A stretch of 64,000 nt of DNA from a virus, in IMG/VR virus record IMGVR_UViG_3300042298_003235, positions 34,484 through 98,483 of that record, one strand, 5' to 3'. Positions 29,213-41,200 of the stretch are shown here, one piece after another (position 1 is the first letter of the stretch; each line of letters starts with the position of its first letter). Both the position numbers and the translations under genes were made by a program. The notes below the pieces were generated by a model. That model was not told the origin of the DNA and did not search any database. It worked only from the letters and a program-made list of their open reading frames with translations.

Positions 29213-30283
29213 ATGCCGGAAAATAACAGGGGTCCATACAGGCCTTTTAGTGGTTATATACCAGACGGAGTAATATCTAGAAATGGCATAAAAAGAGGCT
29301 TTCCCTTTGCCGATAGTTCTTTTGATCCTTTAGACAAAGACATTGATTTAAAATGGGCAGGTACTTCTAGAGAAGATAGGAATTTTAGTAATTATTTTGA
29401 TTATTATTTTTCTGGAGAAGACGTTAAGGTCTATATAGATGGATTGTTTGATCCAGGCGACGAGCTAGATATTTCTAGTATGACATTCTCTATCAAGCAA
29501 GAGAAGCAGCCGTTGTATGGTTTTTGGTCTTACAACTACGATGCTATAATGTATGGTGCTAGAATCGTAGCAGGCAACCTTGCTGTGTACTCTAGGTACC
29601 CAAGAAGAATGACTGATCTTTTAGAAAAGGCTGCAAGAGTCAGATCGGAAAGCGTTGGTAAGAGAGTATCAGCTGATAAAGCAAATGTTATATCTGTTCT
29701 TTCTTCTTCTGGAGAAAGCGCAGAAGATGAAGCAAATATATTAAAGTACTGGGCAAGAAGCCAATTAGACAGAATTACATACGACCCAGCAAAAGTTGCT
29801 AATTCTCCATCAGACGATAAGCATATCTTTAGCGCGCATCCACCTTTCAATATAATAATTATATATGGTATTCAAGAAAACGGTTTAGTTAACAAAGGTG
29901 CAACGCAAGCTCCTAACAACGCAAACCCGCCTGACAACCATGATAGACTACTTTCTACAGATTACAATACCAGGTTAACTAAGATAAGTAATCAAGTAAC
30001 TCCAATGAAAATTGTTTTACAAAATGTACAATTGCTGAGCATGTCTACTGGCTATGACACAAGCGGTGCGCCCTTGCAAGAAGGCTACGAGTTTATAGCA
30101 AGAGACATTTACTACACGGCTGCTGATGGATCAAGCAATCCACTGCAAAACATAGTTCAAGACCCAACTGGAGTCAACGCAAATGGTGGGGCAAACCAGG
30201 CGACTCCAAACACCCATACTAGCGGAACTGGTTCTGGTTTAAACGGAAGCACCGAAAGAGGAAATAACCCATTTTTTGGTTAG
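29213..30283 (+). CDS. Second tail tube paralogue
   Basis: YFSGEDV, MTFSIKQEKQPLYG, GARIVAG, PPFNIII, YEFIARD. Confidence 0.65.
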   Translation: MPENNRGPYRPFSGYIPDGVISRNGIKRGFPFADSSFDPLDKDIDLKWAGTSREDRNFSNYFDYYFSGEDVKVYIDGLFDPGDELDISSMTFSIKQEKQPLYGFWSYNYDAIMYGARIVAGNLAVYSRYPRRMTDLLEKAARVRSESVGKRVSADKANVISVLSSSGESAEDEANILKYWARSQLDRITYDPAKVANSPSDDKHIFSAHPPFNIIIIYGIQENGLVNKGATQAPNNANPPDNHDRLLSTDYNTRLTKISNQVTPMKIVLQNVQLLSMSTGYDTSGAPLQEGYEFIARDIYYTAADGSSNPLQNIVQDPTGVNANGGANQATPNTHTSGTGSGLNGSTERGNNPFFG

Positions 30284-30351
30284 ATAATGATACAATTAGT
30301 GTGGTATGATGATAGAATATAAAACAAATGTCTATGACAGGAGAAAAGATA

Positions 30352-30852
30352 ATGGCAAACCAAAGAAAAGTTTCAGTTGAACCAAATGATCAGATTCCAG
30401 CAGAGATGCTTGAAGACGACGCGATGGTTATGGAACAAGATGATTTTTCGGATTTAGAAGAAGAAGAAAACAAAGAGGTTGAAGATCTTCCTGATGACGA
30501 AGAGATTTGGCCAGGTGGACCAACAGCAGGTTTAATTAAAATTTGGAAGAAAGAGCATGGCGAAGTATACGTTACTTCCTTGTCTTTTGAAAAGCATATA
30601 GTATGGAGAACTTTAACCAGAATAGAGTACAAGCACTTGGTTAAGAAGATGGAGCAGCTCGTCGCTGCTGGCCAACTGTCATCTGCAGAAGCAAACATGT
30701 GGAACGAAGAATCAATTGCTGAAATATGCATCCTGTTCCCTTCATTTGACAAGGCAGCGATCACCAAGGAAATGGCCGGAATGCCCTCTCTAATCTCCCA
30801 GGAAGTCCTAGAAGCTTCAGGCTTTGTCGCTCTAGAGGTTCGTCAATTATAA
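30352..30852 (+). CDS. Tail assembly chaperone 1
   Basis: SD ACAGGAG. WKKEHGEVY...WRTLTRIEY...AGMPSLISQEVLEASGF. Lies between tube genes and the TMP-like gene. Confidence 0.6.
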   Translation: MANQRKVSVEPNDQIPAEMLEDDAMVMEQDDFSDLEEEENKEVEDLPDDEEIWPGGPTAGLIKIWKKEHGEVYVTSLSFEKHIVWRTLTRIEYKHLVKKMEQLVAAGQLSSAEANMWNEESIAEICILFPSFDKAAITKEMAGMPSLISQEVLEASGFVALEVRQL

Positions 30853-30859
30853 TTTTAAA

Positions 30860-31489
30860 ATGCTTGAACCTAAAGAGATTGTAGAAATTAGAAAAAAGTA
30901 CGGTCCAATATTTTCAACAGAAATTAAAGGCCAAACTGTATTCTTTAGAGAGCTAACTTTTTCTGAGTTTGATGACATCATTGCCTACCAGGATTTAGAC
31001 GGTGGATCTTCTATTGATTCAGAAGATTCAATTATAACGACGGCTGTAGTTTATCCTGAAAACTTTAATGTAGACAAGCTTCCAGCAGGAATTGTTTCAA
31101 CATTAGCTACTCAGATTCTTGATATTTCAGGGTTCAATAGCGCAAAGACTGCAAAAAATATCCTAGAAGAAAAAAGAGCTGAATCAGGACAAGTAAGAAC
31201 TTTAATGAAGGCCTTTGTTCTCGCTACTATAAGTACATACAAGCCCGAAGATCTTGATAATATGACGTACTCTCAGTTAGCTGATAAAGTTGCATTGTCT
31301 GAAAAAATTATAGAGATAACACAAGCAATGCATTCGATACAACCAAATGATCTTAAGTTGCAATTAATAGACCCAGAAGAAGAAGTAAATAAAGCTAAGC
31401 AATCCGCAGCGAGACACAATGCTTCCAAGCTAGAAGGCGCTGCTGATTACGAGGATCCAATTGCACAAAAACTTTGGGGAATGAAGTAA
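30860..31489 (+). CDS. Tail assembly chaperone 2 (paralogue of chaperone 1)
   Basis: RKKYGPIF...FRELTFSEF...AGIVSTLATQILDISGF. Confidence 0.6.
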   Translation: MLEPKEIVEIRKKYGPIFSTEIKGQTVFFRELTFSEFDDIIAYQDLDGGSSIDSEDSIITTAVVYPENFNVDKLPAGIVSTLATQILDISGFNSAKTAKNILEEKRAESGQVRTLMKAFVLATISTYKPEDLDNMTYSQLADKVALSEKIIEITQAMHSIQPNDLKLQLIDPEEEVNKAKQSAARHNASKLEGAADYEDPIAQKLWGMK

Positions 31490-31506
31490 CACAACGGAGG
31501 AAAGTT

Positions 31507-34500
31507 TTGATACGTGATAAAGGCCCATTAAGTAGCTTAGGGCATGGCGTTACATCAAGGGACATACCTCTCGATGAGGGGGAAACTGAGGGCCCAAGTG
31601 CTAACTCCGGTGCTATAGCCAAAAGACTTAATGGGCACCCCTTTGCCAAATTTATAGCAACAAACATCGCTACGGTTGTCGCAACTGGCGCTTCAGCAAT
31701 GCTGGTAAAAAAGGGTGGTCTAAAGCTAGCTAAGACAATAGATGATGCCGCAAGAGCTACAAGAGCCACAGGAGGGACAAGCCACGCTACTAGATTGGTA
31801 GAAAGCGTAGGCGAACTTAGGAAGGTCATGGACACCCTTCAGGGTATTTCCAGGTCCGTAGGCGAAGGTGTTGACCCTGACTATTTTTATAAAAACTTAG
31901 TTTTAGAAACAGCAGAAGGTGGACTTACAACAGGTTATTCTGATGCCTTAAAGAACACAAGATTTGGGATGCACTTTTCCCAGCAAGAGATTAGAGACGC
32001 TGCTAGAGGGCTGACTAGCGAACCAGCTGCTATATGGGCTCATAGGGATGAGGTACAGCAAAGGTTAGTTGGCCTTGGTAGAAGACTACCTTACACTCTC
32101 CCAGCAATGTATGTAACTCAAAGAGGTTTTATCGACCCTCTGTTTGGGGATAACGAACAAAAAAGTAAAGTCAATTGGTATAACCCTGTCGACGTTGTTG
32201 CTGACTTTGCTAAACAATCTGTTCTTAACACCCTTTCAATATTGGGACCACAAGAGTTAGCTGGTGCAGCAACAAGCACAGCAAAAAGAGCTTTAAGTAC
32301 AAAATTATATAGTTCAGCAACAACTCCTTTCCAAGAAAAATTGCAAAGAAGATTTGTAGATCTTAATACTATCCTTGGTGAAGTTGGTAATGATCTAGTT
32401 AGTATAACTGACAAGGTGATAAGAGGGTCAACTCAATTTTCTGGTGCATTCAACAGAGCATCAATCGCAGCAAGGCAAGACCAACCCGAGCAATTACAAG
32501 TTTTTAAAAGCGTTAGAGCTGGAGTAAGAGAAGCCAGAGAACGTAATGCACCGTTTGCCCAAATAGCAAAAGAGGCATTCATTGGAAGAAACGCAGAAGG
32601 CCCAGGCCAGTATGGTTTGATAGACGCAATGCCTGCGATGAGAGGATTTAGAAGCGGTTTTTCTGAATTCAATTCAAGATTTAAAATCATGGGGCAAGGT
32701 TACGATGTCGTAACAAAAGCTATAACTTACGACAAAGCAATAGCTAAAACAAAAGGCATTCAGAACAAAGGCAGCCTTGGTGATGACGTAGCAGATAAGC
32801 TTGCAAAGAGTTCTTTAGGGACAGCAATAGAGGAAATACAAAACCAACACTCTAGTAGACTGTCTAATTTTGCAAGCACAGTTGAAGGATGGATGGGTGG
32901 AAAAAATGTTTATGGTTCTAGGTTTAGAAAATCCGGAAGTGAATTTTATAATAAATTAGTTGAAAAAGAATTTAGAAGTCAAGTAGAGAAACATTTAGTT
33001 AACGAAGGTGCTAGCGAAAAAGGCGCAAAGTTATTTTCAACTCAAGTCCAAGTTAAGAACATCCCTGTTGCCGGAAAAGGCAAAGACATATCGCAAATAT
33101 TTAGCATAGGCAAAGACCCTATCTTTAAAGAAGGCCCAGACTTTTTCCAAGAGCTGGCAACACGTGCAGCAACAATAAAGGGCTTACAGCCAGATAGTGG
33201 CCTAAGCGGCGATGTACTTGAAAGGGCATTAAAGAACGCTAACTCGCAATTTGCGAATAAAGAATTCCAAAAAAATCTTACAGCTAAAATTAACTCTCAA
33301 TGGAACACTTTATATAATGAAAATTTAATAGGTCATACCCAAGGTCTTTTTAAACCACAAAAACAAGCGTATGAAGCTTTTGCTGGAAAACTTTCTGTAG
33401 ATCAAAAAGAATATCTACAAAGACAATCAGCAGACATTTTAGGTATTAAGCTTTTAGATACAAATGGAAAAAGAATATCAAATGATATTATAAAAACCCA
33501 GTTAGCAAGAAACGGAATAGATGCTAACAACTTTAGTTCACTAAAGGCTTTCTTAATACAAAATAAAAAAATGTCTGGACCAAGCTTATCTGGTGGATTT
33601 AATATCTTTGGACTTAAGCAAGTTGGTTTTGATGAGGCTAGACAAAAAGGATTCTTTGACTATCTTTCGGAGAGACAAAAAACAATATTAAATGACGTTA
33701 ATAGGCAATCAGCTATTAACGATCCAATATCTAACTCTATAGGACATTCAAGCATAGAAGGCCTTTACTCAAGTAGGTCTGGCAAGATACTCGATACTAC
33801 AAAGCTTACCGGCACGATTAGATCTCTCGGTAACTTCTTTGCTAGCGAATTTGAAATACCAATTGTTCACATTAGTCCAAAAAGTATTTTTGGTCTTCAA
33901 CAAATGCAAGAAATGGGCAAAAAGTCTCCTTTGCATTTTGTCCCAGGTGGTGGTGTCCAGCCGTTTGGTGATATGGCTAAACAAACGGACGCAGACTTCT
34001 TTATATATCAAACTAAAAGATCATTTTTTAGAAAAACAAAAGGAGAAGTAACAGCCTACTCTACTGATGTAGAAGGTGTAACAACTGCAAATAAATTGCA
34101 AGGTTATTATCGTCCCATAAATAATCTTAGCGAAGGCTTGATGGCAAGACAAGCTCGCTACGCTTCTGGTTTAATGAATCCAGAAGGAGAAAAAAATCCA
34201 ATAAGGTCTTTAATTTCTGACTTTAAAGAAGGAAGGCCATTATCTTTAAGTAAGAGAATAAAGTCAGCTTTAGATATAGCAGAAGATCAACCAAGTTCAA
34301 TTCCTGGTTTATTGTCTAGATTTGCAAGAAGAAAAACAGACATAGAAAACCCAACCGTTTTAGCCAGCTTGCTTGGCTCAAAAACTGGCAAAGCTACCAT
34401 AGGCAAAAACGAGCTGACATTAAATACAAATAGGGTTTTTGATGCAGCTGGTAAAGCGATAGAAGCAGAAACTACATTTAGCGTTACTGACCAAGCTGGA

Positions 34501-37500
34501 AAAGTAATTGCAGATCACGAACAATTTGTAGGAGCGGCAACTAGATTTTTTGGCCAAACAAATGATTTTGGTTTTTCTCAAAAGGTAATGAAAGCCGTTG
34601 AGAGGGCAAACGCAGACTTATTTAAATTTGGAGAAAGACAAGGAGCAGGAACTGCAGGAGTAAAGGGGCTAAGCGATCTATATACTGCAGAGCAGGTAGT
34701 CAGGTTTGCCCAAGACCTAAAGAGATATGATGCTGGGCTTAAAGCTTTGCCATCTAATGTCCGAAGTTCATTTTCTAGAATTGATCAAATACTTCAGCAG
34801 GGTGAACTATTATCTAGTTCAATGACTGGTTCAAGATCTCCTTCGATCACAACTAGATTAGACGAATTAAAGAGTGAACTTTTTAAATACCTAGGTCAAA
34901 GAAATGCTGCCCTTAAAGGCGGCTCTGGTACGGAACCAATCAACGCAATCAACGATGCGCTTCTAGCTTTGAGGAGATCTGGGCAAATTGGAAAGTCCGA
35001 GTTCCTGGAAGCACAAGGTGCAGCACTAAGTTCGCTTTATAATGCTAGCTCATTTGCAGGATACGCAGCAAAGAACTCAACTGCAAAAAATGCCGCCGCA
35101 GCTATAACTCACACTTTAGATGAAGTAGCTTCTTCGGATAGTATTGCTGGTTTATTTAGGCCTTTTAGCACTTCTGATATAAGTTTGACTACGTCTACTT
35201 TAAGAAAACCAATTGCTAACATTGTCCCTTTCTTGAGGAGATCCTTTGGCACTGCTGATTTTAATCCATCGAATAAAGCAAACGTACTAGGAGGAAACTC
35301 TTCTACGGTCTTCGTACCAACGTTTGGAACTGTATTTAATAAAAATCCTTTTGGGGCCATAGCAAGCGCGCTTGGAATAACAACTTACAATGACCCAGAA
35401 AACTTCTCTAATTTGTCCATGTTCTCTGGACACATGATTGAAAGACTTAATAAAAACTTTGGGACATTAGGTATTGGTCTAGATGTATCAAAATATAAAA
35501 GCCCAATAGATCTTTTTGCAAGAGGGTATGTAGCTAAGAGGGCTCTTCCAATAGTAGCTGGTGCATCCACATTGATGGCTGTTGACAGAACAATAGGGGC
35601 CTATAACCAGCCAAAAGACGCAAACAATGAAAGAGTGTATTCACCATTCTTTACTGGTATAGCAGCAACGGGGTTGATGGAAACACAAGCTGCCGTGTCT
35701 GGTATTATTCCAGGTGGAAAGTCTTACCAGGAAAAAAGAGAAGAGCTAACTACTGGTGATGTTCCGATAAGACAGGGAAGATATTGGCCATTAGGTAACA
35801 CCCCATTTAAAGGTGGAAAAATACAATACTACCGTCCGTCGTGGTATCAAAAGTTTCAAGCTGGCGCTATGTTTACATCCGATACATATGGCAGTCCTGC
35901 AGAAAAAGCTTTGTTCTATAATGATTACTCTCCTTTAAGGCCATTAGATCCATATAGATTTGAAAGAAAACATTACGAAGATAGGCCATACCCTTTAACT
36001 GGTGAATATTTCTCTGGTCCTTTTGGTCCAGCAACTAGCGCACTAAATGCAACAATAGGAAAGATACTTAAGCCACAACTAAGAATGCATAAAGAAGAAG
36101 TTGACGCTGGCTTAGCTAACTATGTTAGGGTCGGGCAATCTGGGGCTTTTGATGCATCTGGTTATGTATCAAATCCAAACGGAGCAGGGCAACTTTTTAA
36201 AGACTACGGTTATACAACATCTATGGGTGGAGTTGGTTACTCCGGAGGTTCATTAGGCACAGGTTCTTCTTCAGTAGCGGCAACAGCATATCCAGAAATA
36301 ATTGCATCTAACCAAAGTAATTCCGTTGCAGGCAACATGTTGTATCAACAAAACGCAAGCTACGGTGCTATGGCTGGTTCACCTTTAGGAACTGCAAATA
36401 GAGATATAACAACTAGAATATCAAATCAAAACAGGATGCTTACAAACGCATCTTATGGCCCACCAAGACAGGCTGGTATAGTACCTCCAAAGATTATACC
36501 AACTGGCAAACCAATCAATTATGGAAGCACTGGATTTCAGCTTAGCGAAACTGGTTATAGAACTCAAGAGTTAGCTGGTATATATGGCTTCATGTTCTCA
36601 TCCGCAAGAGAAGGCTTTGGTTTTGGTAAAGGAGACTTGCAACCACAAAGGTCAGTCCTGCAATCTGCTTCTAGAGCCTATGGAGCAAGTAGATCTTTCT
36701 ACGATCAAAACTTTGGTGGTATGGGTGACGTCCCTTTGCCTGGACAAGGGCCGCTTGGAAACATTGAATTATCAGAAATAACTAGAAGATTTATACCCAA
36801 AGAAAGAAACGACATAGATTATCTAAACCCAATTAGAAACTCTATGGCAGAAAAATATCCGTTTTTACCAGGACCAAATTATTTCACAAATTTTAAAACA
36901 GGTGACCCTTATACTAAGGTGCCAGAAGGAGAACTAAGGCTTCCTGGCGTAGCTTACGAAAGATTCAATACTCCAATTTCAGACGAAACTGGTAGATACG
37001 GAAGAGCAACGCAGTTAAGTATACTCGGAGATGTCGCTCCTTATTCACCGGAATATAGATCTTTAAACAGAAGTATAAACTCACAAATAAACTCTCCAGA
37101 GGAAAGAGCTTCGATTATAGAGACTAGAAAAAAAGTAGAATCTATAACAAAGAGAAAAGAGTTTGACGCCTACAAGTATAAATATAGTTCAGCAGAAGAA
37201 ATGGGCATGGGAGGCACTCAACATACACTGTTAAGAGCTGGCGAGTACTTGTCGCACAGAGACACAATTTTTAACACTAAATTCATGCCGAACAAAACAG
37301 CTGCTGAAGATTATGAAAGAACCAATGTGTACGGTTCTAGTTTCCCTCAATGGCAAGATCCAATAAAAAGCTTCATTAGCCCTATGGTTTATAAAGCAAC
37401 CCAAAGAGGTCCATTATTAGGAGCAACAGTTCTTGGAGCCCTTGGTTCAACTTTTGGTGTGACTCCAAGAGCAAAAATCTTTGCCTCGGCAGTTGGCACA

Positions 37501-38229
37501 GTAACTGGTGGAGCCGCAGGAGCATATGGTTCTATAAGTGAAAGAATAACTGGCGATAGGTTTATACCTAAAGACAGAAAAAAACAAATGGCTCTTGAAG
37601 AGTACACTGACATACTAACATATACAAAAAATATGTCGTTATATTCTCAAGCTCAAAAAGCTGGAGATACAGAGGCAGCTAATAGGTTCAAACAAAGCGC
37701 CAGTAGAACAATGTATGGGGCAGACATTTATGGCGACTCTATAGAAAATCTTTCTTTGTCAGTTCCAAAAAGAAAAAGAGAACATTTTAAAGCCATGATT
37801 GGGGCTCCAGAAGAAGAAAGAGAAAGAATACTTTCAACTGCTCCAAGACTTGAAAGAAGAATATTCCAAGCAGCTTGGGGTATGGATGTAGAAAAGAAAC
37901 CAGACTTGGTTGATTATTTTTCTAAGCATGAATTACCAGATGCTGGCTCAGAAGTTTGGCACCCTAATACAAACATGGAGCATGTAAAAATAAAGATAGG
38001 TCAAAACATGGGTGTAGATTTATCTCAAATGGGTTATTACCCACAACAATTAAAAGAAGCCAACTTAGTAAATCCATCTTATCCAAGCTTTAACCAATCT
38101 TCAAGCCAGGATTCTGTTTTAGAAAAACTTAAAAGAATGATGTTAGACAATGGTTTAACTGGCTCCGTTAGCCCAGTCTACACACCTTATGCAAGTAATA
38201 GTATTGACATGTCAGTAGGCGTTAGATGA
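31507..38229 (+). CDS. Tape-measure/ejection-like giant virion protein (~2240 aa)
   Basis: SD GGAGG 31496-31500 with TTG 31507. Helical A/G/K-rich sequence with hydrophobic segments, position after the chaperones. Confidence 0.6.
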   Translation: MIRDKGPLSSLGHGVTSRDIPLDEGETEGPSANSGAIAKRLNGHPFAKFIATNIATVVATGASAMLVKKGGLKLAKTIDDAARATRATGGTSHATRLVESVGELRKVMDTLQGISRSVGEGVDPDYFYKNLVLETAEGGLTTGYSDALKNTRFGMHFSQQEIRDAARGLTSEPAAIWAHRDEVQQRLVGLGRRLPYTLPAMYVTQRGFIDPLFGDNEQKSKVNWYNPVDVVADFAKQSVLNTLSILGPQELAGAATSTAKRALSTKLYSSATTPFQEKLQRRFVDLNTILGEVGNDLVSITDKVIRGSTQFSGAFNRASIAARQDQPEQLQVFKSVRAGVREARERNAPFAQIAKEAFIGRNAEGPGQYGLIDAMPAMRGFRSGFSEFNSRFKIMGQGYDVVTKAITYDKAIAKTKGIQNKGSLGDDVADKLAKSSLGTAIEEIQNQHSSRLSNFASTVEGWMGGKNVYGSRFRKSGSEFYNKLVEKEFRSQVEKHLVNEGASEKGAKLFSTQVQVKNIPVAGKGKDISQIFSIGKDPIFKEGPDFFQELATRAATIKGLQPDSGLSGDVLERALKNANSQFANKEFQKNLTAKINSQWNTLYNENLIGHTQGLFKPQKQAYEAFAGKLSVDQKEYLQRQSADILGIKLLDTNGKRISNDIIKTQLARNGIDANNFSSLKAFLIQNKKMSGPSLSGGFNIFGLKQVGFDEARQKGFFDYLSERQKTILNDVNRQSAINDPISNSIGHSSIEGLYSSRSGKILDTTKLTGTIRSLGNFFASEFEIPIVHISPKSIFGLQQMQEMGKKSPLHFVPGGGVQPFGDMAKQTDADFFIYQTKRSFFRKTKGEVTAYSTDVEGVTTANKLQGYYRPINNLSEGLMARQARYASGLMNPEGEKNPIRSLISDFKEGRPLSLSKRIKSALDIAEDQPSSIPGLLSRFARRKTDIENPTVLASLLGSKTGKATIGKNELTLNTNRVFDAAGKAIEAETTFSVTDQAGKVIADHEQFVGAATRFFGQTNDFGFSQKVMKAVERANADLFKFGERQGAGTAGVKGLSDLYTAEQVVRFAQDLKRYDAGLKALPSNVRSSFSRIDQILQQGELLSSSMTGSRSPSITTRLDELKSELFKYLGQRNAALKGGSGTEPINAINDALLALRRSGQIGKSEFLEAQGAALSSLYNASSFAGYAAKNSTAKNAAAAITHTLDEVASSDSIAGLFRPFSTSDISLTTSTLRKPIANIVPFLRRSFGTADFNPSNKANVLGGNSSTVFVPTFGTVFNKNPFGAIASALGITTYNDPENFSNLSMFSGHMIERLNKNFGTLGIGLDVSKYKSPIDLFARGYVAKRALPIVAGASTLMAVDRTIGAYNQPKDANNERVYSPFFTGIAATGLMETQAAVSGIIPGGKSYQEKREELTTGDVPIRQGRYWPLGNTPFKGGKIQYYRPSWYQKFQAGAMFTSDTYGSPAEKALFYNDYSPLRPLDPYRFERKHYEDRPYPLTGEYFSGPFGPATSALNATIGKILKPQLRMHKEEVDAGLANYVRVGQSGAFDASGYVSNPNGAGQLFKDYGYTTSMGGVGYSGGSLGTGSSSVAATAYPEIIASNQSNSVAGNMLYQQNASYGAMAGSPLGTANRDITTRISNQNRMLTNASYGPPRQAGIVPPKIIPTGKPINYGSTGFQLSETGYRTQELAGIYGFMFSSAREGFGFGKGDLQPQRSVLQSASRAYGASRSFYDQNFGGMGDVPLPGQGPLGNIELSEITRRFIPKERNDIDYLNPIRNSMAEKYPFLPGPNYFTNFKTGDPYTKVPEGELRLPGVAYERFNTPISDETGRYGRATQLSILGDVAPYSPEYRSLNRSINSQINSPEERASIIETRKKVESITKRKEFDAYKYKYSSAEEMGMGGTQHTLLRAGEYLSHRDTIFNTKFMPNKTAAEDYERTNVYGSSFPQWQDPIKSFISPMVYKATQRGPLLGATVLGALGSTFGVTPRAKIFASAVGTVTGGAAGAYGSISERITGDRFIPKDRKKQMALEEYTDILTYTKNMSLYSQAQKAGDTEAANRFKQSASRTMYGADIYGDSIENLSLSVPKRKREHFKAMIGAPEEERERILSTAPRLERRIFQAAWGMDVEKKPDLVDYFSKHELPDAGSEVWHPNTNMEHVKIKIGQNMGVDLSQMGYYPQQLKEANLVNPSYPSFNQSSSQDSVLEKLKRMMLDNGLTGSVSPVYTPYASNSIDMSVGVR

Positions 38230-41200
38230 GGAATATAAATATAGGCAAACCAATGGAGATGTCTTTAAATATACAAGACGTCTTAGCCAGTATATCGCGC
38301 ATCTCACCTACTGCTGCATCTAGAGTAGCAGACCCTAGAAATTTATTAAACAAACTATTATCAGCAACAATGTATGGTAGCAGTAATGTTATAAAAATTG
38401 GTGGCGCAGACGAAGATATCACAGATGCGTCTGGTGCTGTTATAGGGTCAAGATTCCGACCATCATTTATATTCAATGTCACTGGAGAAGAAACAGAGGA
38501 CTTTGGAGAAGCCATGAACAAAGCTGCAGAAATGGGCATTGTTAACTACACTAGACTTTCAAAAGATCCATCACGAGCAGTTGGTAGACAGTTTAACTTT
38601 GGTGAACTTGTGCAAGAAAACAAAACAATAAACAGCATGCTGAAAAGAGCAAAGCTTAATCCAACATCAGCTGAAGCAAGAAGCTTAAGAGAAGCAGGCT
38701 TGGGTAAATTAATTGATGACCTAGAGCTAACTACAATAAGAGGTAGAACAGTTATAAAAAATCCATTTGAGATTACCTCAATGGCTTTGAAGACTGCATT
38801 CACTGGCGACACTATGTCGGATGCTCTAGCTAGAGTTAGGGGCGATGATGGCCTGTTCAAGGGCATGGTTGTACCTGGAGACGATGGGTTCCAAATACTG
38901 AAGTTTGGACTTCCAGGTATGGATTTAAATGAAAAAGAAATAGCTGCGTTAAAATCTTTAATGAATACTGGGCAATTACAAAAGAGCACCCTAATAGAAG
39001 CTTTAAAAAAGGGAGAGGGTGGGCTAGAAAAGCAACTGGGTAAAGTTGGAAAGCGTCAAAAAACATTTGCATCTGCAAGGCAAATTTCGATATCTGGAGT
39101 AGGCATAACTGGTGGGTCAGGTGCTACTGGATTCCTAGGTGGTGTTGGCACACTAGAAGAAGCCATAGAGGCTTCAGACACTAGGGCACAAGCTTTGATG
39201 GCGGCTTTATCTGGTAAGGTTTCTGGAAAATTAAAGACTGATTTAGAAACAGCTTTTAGCGGCGTTGGTCATAAATTTTATGGAAACTTTGGTTTATCAA
39301 AAGCAGCAGGTGATGAAATTCTTGATATGGTTTTTGATCCAAGCGATCCAGGATCGGCGGTAGCGTATTCACAAATGGCAAAGATGATGAGGAGAGCAAT
39401 CGCAACAGCAGGTCCAGATGGAAACGTTACAAAAGAATTTGAAAAATTAGTTAAAGCGCTGCCTGGTACAAGGCAAGCGTTTAAAAATCAAATATCAGCT
39501 ACATTATCCGGACTTGAAACGTCTGTTGACGGTGCATTTTATATAAATAGAAAATACCTAGAAAGAACAGTTCAAGATTGGAGTGCAACGGTATTAAATC
39601 ATGAAAGAAATATGGCTAGCGGCGTTGTGATGGGAGAAAACGCACAAGAAGCATATTTATCATTGAGGCAACAGTTAAGAACAATTGGGCAAGAGGTTAC
39701 CGATAAAACAGGGAAAGTTATTGGCCATAGATTAAAAGATAATATAGAATCTTATGACTTCTCTGGAAGAACTGGATTCCATAATACTCTAGGCGAACGT
39801 AAACTAATAAAAGGTAGAATGTATGTATCAGACGATCTGCCTGATGACATTGGATTTTTAACCCCTGACATTATGATCAAATCAGAAACTGGATTTGAAG
39901 AATTTATAAACTTTGATATAACTGGAGGTGGCAAACGACCACCCGACGCCATTGCACCAGACTTCCAGATGGCAGTTTTTCATAGTGGAGAATTTTTAGA
40001 AACAGCTCCAGATGGGTCTAGGGTTGTTCCTGCTGTGACTAGAAGATATCAACAAGAGCTACAAGCAGAACTTGAACAGATAACAAGAACAGGTATCATA
40101 CCAGCTAATGTAAGACAAAGATTAATTCAGGACATGGAGTCAAATTCGGTAGACGAATTTATGGCAATTTACCAACCTCATAAAATTGGATCTAAAGAAA
40201 AAAACAAAGAGATGGTTAGAAAAATAAATAACGCTATCTTAGAAAATAACGTTACTGACGTAGACACTATTGCGGCAATAAGTAATTATTATAGAAATCA
40301 AATGTTTAGCCAAAAGACTACCGGTCAAGGCATCAAGCAAAGAACTGTAAGAATACCCAACATGCCGGATTTGCAAAGATACAACATAGAGTCAGAGGCT
40401 AGCCGTTTAATGGGACAGCCAAACGAAGCGCGAATGTTAACTGGATCTAGAGGGTTTGCTAAGTCAAAGATAATGGATGAATCAGGTGCGCTAGTTGATT
40501 TAGAGTTAATGACTACACGAGCACATCAACACAGCCTTTTGTTTAGCGGAAGAGCATCGGTTGAGTACCAAGCAGCATTAGGAGGATTCGACTTTGACGA
40601 CAAGGGAATGCCGATACTAAAAAGTTACCAAGACTATTCATCTGGCACTCCAAAGAAAAAATTAGCTTTATTTACCACAAGACAACCAACTGGCCCTATG
40701 GAATACGTTGTCCAAGATTTCTTAAAAGATCAAGAAACTCTTAATGAAATTTTTGGTCATAATAAATCTTTTATGGCTGGTTTAGAAGAAATTGCTACTA
40801 GCGGCGATACTGAGGCTATGGAACTTTTAGAATACATGAGGATGGTTCCTGATTCAACTAATGCAAAAAGGTTTTCGTCTTTGCATAGAAAATACGCTGG
40901 TGTTGGAGTCACTGGCAAAGATATAGCCGCTGGAAGATTCTTTGGTTCTGGTGATTCAACCCTGCTTGATGCAAGCAACTCATATTTCTCTCAAGGGCAA
41001 GACCAGGCAACTAGGGTTATAGAATCGGTTTATCAGCACTTGCGGAAGCGGAGTTACCGAGCTTAGCAACCCAGTCCTAAGAGCTATGGCAGTTACAAAG
41101 TCTGGAGGTCATTTAGCTTTGACGCCAGAGGTTATGAGAAAATTAGCTCCAGCAGACCAGTTAGAGTTTGCTCCAGCTTACTTCCAAGGCCAATTTATGA

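Noticed and set aside
30840-30862. Programmed -1 frameshift between tail chaperones
   Set aside because: No slippery heptamer before the stop at 30850-30852, and the second gene has its own ATG and is a full paralogue.
31495-31497. In-frame CGG in the called ORF 31474..38229, an apparent counter-example
   Set aside because: It overlaps the GGAGG Shine-Dalgarno upstream of the likely true start TTG 31507, in the intergenic gap, so it is probably not translated.
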